Shown one piece after another: positions 15,576-20,874 of a stretch of DNA of 20,874 nucleotides (position 1 is the stretch's first letter; each line of letters begins with the position of its first letter). The notes beneath the pieces are model-generated. The model did not search any database and had not been told where the DNA came from. It saw only the letters and a list, made by a program, of their open reading frames with translations. The DNA is taken from assembly GCA_041577295.1 (NCBI GenBank), contig JBFGJG010000062.1, forward strand, positions 1 through 20,874. Reading direction: 5' to 3'. The position numbers and the translations under genes were made by a program. The DNA is from Gemmatimonadales bacterium. GTDB taxonomy: Bacteria > Gemmatimonadota > Gemmatimonadetes > Gemmatimonadales > GWC2-71-9.

Positions 15576-18239
15576 TCACCTGGATAGTCGATCCAACTCC
15601 GAGACGAAACCTTTGATCACACGAAGATCGGGTGCGGAAACTGGATCGGTGCGGATGACGACGAAACTTCCGTCCGGCATGATGTCGTAACCACGATCCC
15701 CGTTCAGGTCGTACTCCATGTACGCCCGAAACAGCTCTCGCGGCGTTCCGACCTCGAGACGTGGCGTCGTGCGAATGTCGACCGCCATCATTCGGCTGCC
15801 GTTGCGGAAGACCAGTTCCCTCCGCGAGCGCCAGAGAGGTTCCGTACCGCCATCCGTGGAGACGATCCGCGTGTCGTCCAGCTCGGGGAACCGACGCACG
15901 TAGACCTCATCCCGACCGCTCTCATCCGACTGATAGGCAATTGCTCTTCCGTCCGGTGAGAACGCAGGGTGGCGTCGATCGCCGGCTCCCGTGGCGACGT
16001 CGCGCAAGCTGCCACCGTCGTTTAGATCGGCCACCCATATGGCTGAATTCTGCGGTCCACCGTAGAAGGTCAGGAACCGCCCATCGGGAGACCAATCACT
16101 CATCCAGGCGTGAAACGGTGCGGCAACCACTAGCCGCTCGTCGCCGGCTCCGATCATGTCGCGCACATAGATCGAGGCCCAGCGACTGTCGGAATTTTCT
16201 TGGACGGTGTACGCAAGCCGGGTTCCATCTGGCGACCAATCAGCTTCACCCGCGAGTCCCGCGTCCACGGGCAACCGCCTCCATGCCGCCGTGCGCAGAT
16301 TGAGCACCCACAGACCACGGACCCGACCCTCGGTATCCCGCCCAATCGAGAGCCGGGTGCCGTCTGGCGACACTCTGGGCCAACGATAGCTTCGCTGCTC
16401 GGAGACGATGGCGGTCGCGGCTCCTGTAGAATCGAGACGCGTGACGATCTTGATCTGCTCACGCACGTTACTGAAAAAGGCCACATCTCCACGGTCCGAG
16501 AACGAAAGCGGTACCGGTTCACCGGAGCCACCGCGACGATAGGGTGTCACGGCACCGGTCAACACCGGGATTCCGCGACCCAATTCGGCGCTCCCAATCC
16601 GAAACCGGTGCGCGGTCCAGACTCCCTCGCTGGTGCCGATCAGCATATGACCGTTCGGTACGTAGATCCCACCAACGTTATCACCGGGGAGTACCTCCCA
16701 GGTCCCATCGTCCGCATCCATGATCGCTGATCGAAATCCATTCTGCGCACGGATCCCGAAGAACAGTCGTCCATCCGACAATTCCTGCGGACCGTGGTGA
16801 GCGAGCTCGCCTGCCGCCGAATCCGGCACGGTCAGCTGACCTGCTTCACCGCCCGCGTCACTCACGGCAAACAGGCCTCGCCGCTCCGTCGAAAACACGA
16901 TCGTCCCGTCGCGCCGCCATGTCGCGTCGTTCACGGCCGTGAAGAGCGGAGTGATCGTAAACGGTCGACCACCTGCGAGTGGAACCTTTCGTATTTCGGC
17001 CGGCACCCTCGTGTAAAAACCGACCCACACACCATCGGGAGAGAAGAACGGATACTCTGCACCTAAGGAGCCCTCGATGGCCTCGGCCGTGAAGCCATCG
17101 AGCGGACGACGAAACAACATGGCTGAGTCACCCTGACGGGCGGAAAAGACCACCGTGTTCCCATCCGGTGAGAGCGCTGGTACATACCCGCCTTCGAGGA
17201 ACGTCCACCCCCTTGGGGGCGGGATAGTAATGCGCCGGACGCCAGCTTCCGATGTACTCCGGCCGTTCCATCCCCAAATCGCTACCACCATCATGATCGC
17301 GGCGATCGCCGTCAAACCAAGCGTGCGCGGGTCCGTCCAGAAGCTCTTCGCCCGCAACGATGATGGTGGGACGGTGGTGCCTGTTACAAAGTCGGGATTC
17401 GAGAGGGCGGCGCCATACTCCGCCGCGGATGTGAAGCGGTCCGCCGGTACCTTCTCCAAGCATTTGGTAACCGCTGCCGCAACGTTTGGCGGAACGGATC
17501 TCCGCACGGCGCGCACGGGCTGCGGCTCTTCGGTGACGATCTTCATGATGATCTGCTGCGCCGAGGAGCCGACGTGCGGCGGGCTCCCGGTGAGCATCTC
17601 ATACATGACAGCGCCGAGCGAATAAATATCTGAGCGGTTGGTGAGATCCTTCTCCGCCGTCGCTTGCTCGGGACTCATATAGTGCGGCGTGCCCACTGAC
17701 AGCCCCGTCTCGGTCATGCGCCCACCCGCCGCCGCACTCACTGCCAGCGCGATGCCGAAGTCCGCGACCATCGCACGACCGTCGTGCAGCAGAATGTTCT
17801 CGGGTTTGATGTCGCGATGAATGACGTCGTTCCGATGCGCGTAGTCGAGGGCATCCGCCACTTCGGTGGCGATCCGCACCGCCTCCTCGATGGCGAGCTG
17901 CTTCTCGCGATTCAGCTTGTCCCGGAGTGTCTCGCCCTCGATGTAGGGCATGACATAATAGAGGAAGGATTCGATCCGCCCGCTGTCATACAGCGGGAGG
18001 ATGTGCGGATGCTGTAGGCTGGCCGTGGTCGTGATTTCCTGCACAAATCGCTCGGCACCTAGCACGGCGGCGAGCTCGGGCTTCAGCACCTTGAGCGCCA
18101 CCTTCCGCTTGTGCCTGAGATCTTCGGCGAGATAGACCGTCGCCATACCACCGGCACCGATCGCACGCTCGATACGATAGCGGTCGGCCAGGGCAGCGTT
18201 TAGGCGGTCGAGTTGCTCAGCTTGGTCGGGTACGGTCAC
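15576..18239 (-). CDS. Membrane Ser/Thr protein kinase with C-terminal TolB-like/PD40 beta-propellers (887 aa)
   Basis: Hanks motifs IGAGGMATVY, VALK, HRDIKPEN, DFG and GTPHYMSPE. One TM segment LGLTAIAAIMMVVAIWGW. Repeated PxxSPDG motifs (PALSPDG, PFFSPDG, PRVSPDG, DWSPDG, PAFSPDG). Confidence 0.95.
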   Translation of the reverse strand: MTVPDQAEQLDRLNAALADRYRIERAIGAGGMATVYLAEDLRHKRKVALKVLKPELAAVLGAERFVQEITTTASLQHPHILPLYDSGRIESFLYYVMPYIEGETLRDKLNREKQLAIEEAVRIATEVADALDYAHRNDVIHRDIKPENILLHDGRAMVADFGIALAVSAAAGGRMTETGLSVGTPHYMSPEQATAEKDLTNRSDIYSLGAVMYEMLTGSPPHVGSSAQQIIMKIVTEEPQPVRAVRRSVPPNVAAAVTKCLEKVPADRFTSAAEYGAALSNPDFVTGTTVPPSSLRAKSFWTDPRTLGLTAIAAIMMVVAIWGWNGRSTSEAGVRRITIPPPRGWTFLEGGYVPALSPDGNTVVFSARQGDSAMLFRRPLDGFTAEAIEGSLGAEYPFFSPDGVWVGFYTRVPAEIRKVPLAGGRPFTITPLFTAVNDATWRRDGTIVFSTERRGLFAVSDAGGEAGQLTVPDSAAGELAHHGPQELSDGRLFFGIRAQNGFRSAIMDADDGTWEVLPGDNVGGIYVPNGHMLIGTSEGVWTAHRFRIGSAELGRGIPVLTGAVTPYRRGGSGEPVPLSFSDRGDVAFFSNVREQIKIVTRLDSTGAATAIVSEQRSYRWPRVSPDGTRLSIGRDTEGRVRGLWVLNLRTAAWRRLPVDAGLAGEADWSPDGTRLAYTVQENSDSRWASIYVRDMIGAGDERLVVAAPFHAWMSDWSPDGRFLTFYGGPQNSAIWVADLNDGGSLRDVATGAGDRRHPAFSPDGRAIAYQSDESGRDEVYVRRFPELDDTRIVSTDGGTEPLWRSRRELVFRNGSRMMAVDIRTTPRLEVGTPRELFRAYMEYDLNGDRGYDIMPDGSFVVIRTDPVSAPDLRVIKGFVSELDRLSR

Positions 18240-18403
18240 GTTCTCTTGAGCGCTCCTCGATTATCTGCGACGCGACACGGCCAACGTGATAGCGCGGACA
18301 GACGAACGCAACTGCACAGACCGTGGCGTCCTCGACTGGCTATCGAACGGTGACTGCGTTTTTCGGATGCGCCTCGCATTTAAACCGCCAGCACCCCCGC
18401 ACC

Positions 18404-18432
18404 TTGACACTTAGTTTGGATGGCCATATCGT
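18404..18432 (+). promoter_or_regulatory. Near-consensus sigma70 promoter with no downstream CDS
   Basis: TTGACA (18404-18409), exactly 17 bp, then TATCGT (18427-18432) with the conserved TA...T positions. Confidence 0.6.
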
Positions 18433-18438
18433 CGAGCT

Positions 18439-18507
18439 GACTGTGATTCCGCGTGACGGTTTCGTTACGCCAAAAAGCCGGGGAGCCTTCGCCCCCCGGC
18501 TTCTTCC
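18439..18507 (+). ncRNA. Candidate ~70 nt small RNA (unverified)
   Basis: Lies between the promoter and a terminator-like hairpin. Contains stem GCGTGACG-GTTT-CGTTACGC (18451-18470), whose G-U pair works only on the + transcript. No credible ORF. Confidence 0.35.
18472..18505. terminator. Intrinsic terminator of the dipeptidase gene (minus), possibly bidirectional
   Basis: AAAAAGCCGGGGAGCCTTCGCCCCCCGGCTTCTT. On minus the GC stem is followed by TTTTT; on plus by TTCTT. Confidence 0.8.
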
Positions 18508-18553
18508 GTTGTGCTACCGCCTCTTATGCCCCTTCTGCCTCCCCTCCCTCCAA

Positions 18554-19837
18554 TCACCTGTACGTCCCCTGCTCCCCCTCCATGGTCATCGTCGACGCCT
18601 CTTTGGTTCGCTGCAATCGAGCCGCCACCGCTTCGGCTTCACGCATGACCCGCAGCACGTTTTCGCCCGCGAGCTTTCGCAGATCGCTGTCTGACCATCC
18701 GCGATTCGCCAATTCCACGAACAGCGCGGGAAACGTCGAGACGTCCTCGAGTCCCGTGACGTAGGTCGGGATCCCGTCGTAGTCGCTGCCGAGGCCTACG
18801 TGGTCGATCCCGGCCACGTCTCGAATGTGCTCGATGTGATCGGCAACGTCTGCGATCGTGACGGGAGGAGCGGGGTTCGCGGCACGCCAGCGGTTGAGCT
18901 CTTGCTCGATGCGTGACCGGTCGTTCCCAAACCGCTGTTGGATATCCACCTGAGCGACCTGCTGCGATTGCTCATCGTACAACCGGTACGCTTCGGAGAC
19001 GTACGGCGGGTAGAACACCTGCATCACCACACCACCGTTTTGCTTGAGCCGTACCAGGATCGAATCGGGCACGTTGCGCACGTGATTGGTCAAGGCGCGC
19101 GCGCCCGAGTGAGAGAAAATCACGGGCGCCTGCGTCACGTTGAGGGCGTCGCTCATGGTCGCTGGCGAGACGTGGGAGAGGTCCACGAGCATGCCCAGTC
19201 GGTTCATCTCGCGCACCACTTCCTCGCCAAAGGCCGAGAGTCCATCGTTCACCGGTTCATCGGTTGCCGAGTCCGCCCAGTCGGTATTGGCGAAGTGCGC
19301 GAGCGTCATGTAGCGCACGCCGAGGTGGTAGTACGCCCGCAGCGCACCGAGCGAGTTCTGGATCACATGTCCCCCTTCGATGCCGAGCAGGGACGCGATC
19401 TTCTTGCGCCCAAACGCCTGCATGATCTCCGACGCCGTGGTCGCAAGCTCGAAATGGTCCGGGTAGCGAGCGATGGTGCGTAGTGCAATGTCGACTTGCT
19501 CGAGCTGCTGCCGAGCGGGTTCGGGATGGGTGACGTTCACGTGGACCGACCAGAACTGCGCGCCCACCATGCCACGGCGAAGCCGCTCCAAATCGGTATC
19601 GCCCGTGGTACGCGTGCGAAGATCGTAGGCCGCCACGTCGCCAAGTCGCCCCTTCGCGGCCTCGCGAATTGCGCCCGGCAGGTCGTTGTGTCCGTCGATG
19701 AGCGGGACGGTAGTCAGGATTCGCTGGACGCGCTCGACAGTCGTTTCCTGGGCAAGCGCGAGACTCGGTGCTCCCAGGACAAACACGGTCGCAACCATGA
19801 GGAGTCGGATCATCGGTCGCTCGGCGGATGGGGACAT
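18554..19837 (-). CDS. Membrane dipeptidase, peptidase family M19, secreted (~427 aa)
   Basis: Motifs IDGHNDLP, GAQFWS, GIEGGH, VDLSH, IFSHS and GLGSDYDG. Signal peptide ends in ALA-Q. Start uncertain (19837 or 19813). Confidence 0.92.
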   Translation of the reverse strand: MSPSAERPMIRLLMVATVFVLGAPSLALAQETTVERVQRILTTVPLIDGHNDLPGAIREAAKGRLGDVAAYDLRTRTTGDTDLERLRRGMVGAQFWSVHVNVTHPEPARQQLEQVDIALRTIARYPDHFELATTASEIMQAFGRKKIASLLGIEGGHVIQNSLGALRAYYHLGVRYMTLAHFANTDWADSATDEPVNDGLSAFGEEVVREMNRLGMLVDLSHVSPATMSDALNVTQAPVIFSHSGARALTNHVRNVPDSILVRLKQNGGVVMQVFYPPYVSEAYRLYDEQSQQVAQVDIQQRFGNDRSRIEQELNRWRAANPAPPVTIADVADHIEHIRDVAGIDHVGLGSDYDGIPTYVTGLEDVSTFPALFVELANRGWSDSDLRKLAGENVLRVMREAEAVAARLQRTKEASTMTMEGEQGTYR

Positions 19838-19896
19838 GGAGTTTCTACGATGTCTGGGCAAGATGCACGACGATTTCGGGGAACGCGAGGGGGAGA

Positions 19897-19925
19897 ACGG
19901 GCGCCGCTTGGTCTGCGGCGCCCGT
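19897..19925 (-). terminator. GC-rich hairpin downstream of the Vgb-like gene (terminator or stabilising stem)
   Basis: Perfect 11-bp stem ACGGGCGCCGC / GCGGCGCCCGT with a 7-nt loop, 10 nt after the stop. Only a weak U-tract. Confidence 0.55.
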
Positions 19926-19935
19926 ATTAATCAGC

Positions 19936-20874
19936 TCAGCTTGCTTCGGGCCGCTTGGGCGAGAGCTTCGCCTGTCCCAGCATGTTGGTGTCTGTACCAA
20001 ACCAGATTGAGTTCGTCTTCGCATCGTAGTACATGTGGCGTACGGTGCCACCACCGCTCCCAATGGGGGTCGCGCTCAGAAACTGCTTGGTGGCCGTGTC
20101 AAAGCCAACGAACTTGTTCGGATTCGGGCCGCTCTCGACAAACCACACACGGTCGTCGCGGTCGATCGCCATGCCGTAGGGCCGCGACTCCGCCCCACTC
20201 GGTGCCTGCCACTCCTGCACCTTCTTGGTGTTGGGATCGAAATGACCGAGATACCCGCGGGCGTAATCGACGTAATAGATCTGGTCGTCCGACGTGATCT
20301 CCAGCCGTCGTGGCCGCGCACTTTCTGCGGGCAGCTCGTAGGAGCTGAGCTTCATGGTGGCGGGGTCCACCGTCGCAATGCGATTCGTCCCGACCAGGAC
20401 GATCCAGGGCCGCCCCTGTGAGTCGATCTTGATCCCATACGGACGACTCGAGGTGGTGGGCACTTCCACGAGACTGACCTCGCCGGTCGCCTTGACGAGC
20501 TTGCCGATCATGTTCGCGCCCTGCAGTGTGAACCAGATGTTTCCCTTCCCATCGAAGACGAGCGTATGGGGGTCGCGTGCGCGCTCGTCTGGCATCATGA
20601 TCTTGTCGATCTTGCCGGTCGCGGGATCGAGCTTGCCCACGTGGCTCGCGCGGTTTCCAGCGTACCACACGGTGCCATCGCTATCGACGATGAGGTTGTG
20701 AGGACCGGCACCAGCCTCGAGATCGAACTTCTCGAACTTTGCGGTCCTGGGGTCGAAGACCGCAGCGTAATCCGACCGCTGACCCACGAACCACACCTTG
20801 CCATTCGGGGCCACGTACGGGTCGCGCGGGCGGCTGTTGGCCCACGGAACCTCCCACTCCTGAATCTGGGGCTC
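19936..20874 (-). CDS. Vgb (virginiamycin B lyase)-like beta-propeller protein, 5'-partial
   Basis: Frame is open past the window edge (EPQIQEWEVPWANSRPRDPYVAPNG...). ~42-aa blades with GPHNL..DSDGTVW, DPHTL..DGKGNIW, RPYGI..DSQGRPW and RPYGM..DRDDRVW. Confidence 0.8.
   Translation of the reverse strand, partial: EPQIQEWEVPWANSRPRDPYVAPNGKVWFVGQRSDYAAVFDPRTAKFEKFDLEAGAGPHNLIVDSDGTVWYAGNRASHVGKLDPATGKIDKIMMPDERARDPHTLVFDGKGNIWFTLQGANMIGKLVKATGEVSLVEVPTTSSRPYGIKIDSQGRPWIVLVGTNRIATVDPATMKLSSYELPAESARPRRLEITSDDQIYYVDYARGYLGHFDPNTKKVQEWQAPSGAESRPYGMAIDRDDRVWFVESGPNPNKFVGFDTATKQFLSATPIGSGGGTVRHMYYDAKTNSIWFGTDTNMLGQAKLSPKRPEAS

Noticed and set aside
18323..18764. Plus-strand ORFs 18323-18694 and 18453-18764 as products of the orphan promoter
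   Set aside because: No RBS or recognisable motifs. They cross the terminator and overlap the dipeptidase antisense, and the first starts upstream of the promoter.
19936..20874. Calling the gene vgb (streptogramin B resistance)
   Set aside because: Only fold-level similarity is visible, and Vgb-like propellers are widespread without a resistance function.

Overview
GC-rich bacterial chromosomal DNA, probably Gemmatimonadota (inferred from the style of the Ser/Thr kinase-TM-PD40 protein). No rRNA, tRNA, CRISPR array or transposase was seen. Left half (1-11521) is a sugar/amino-sugar utilisation neighbourhood. It holds a VCBS/ASPIC-UnbV lipoprotein (missed by the ORF track because it runs off the edge), a creatininase-family amidohydrolase, a GntP transporter and an OmpA-C protein. 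It also holds a minus-strand operon: nagB, DUF1080, Gfo/Idh/MocA, Tat-exported Gfo/Idh/MocA, lipoprotein gluconolactonase, gntK. Middle (11842-14931) is a compact redox operon of unknown substrate: a one-cysteine OsmC-like protein, a class B-type flavoprotein and a class A-type flavoprotein. Right end has a lipocalin-like protein, a membrane Ser/Thr kinase, an M19 dipeptidase and a partial Vgb-like propeller. Notable non-coding features are an orphan sigma70 promoter-hairpin-terminator unit (candidate ~70 nt sRNA, ~18404-18507), a similar promoter-like motif at 2781-2834 and a 90-bp CTAG-bounded hairpin (5849-5938).
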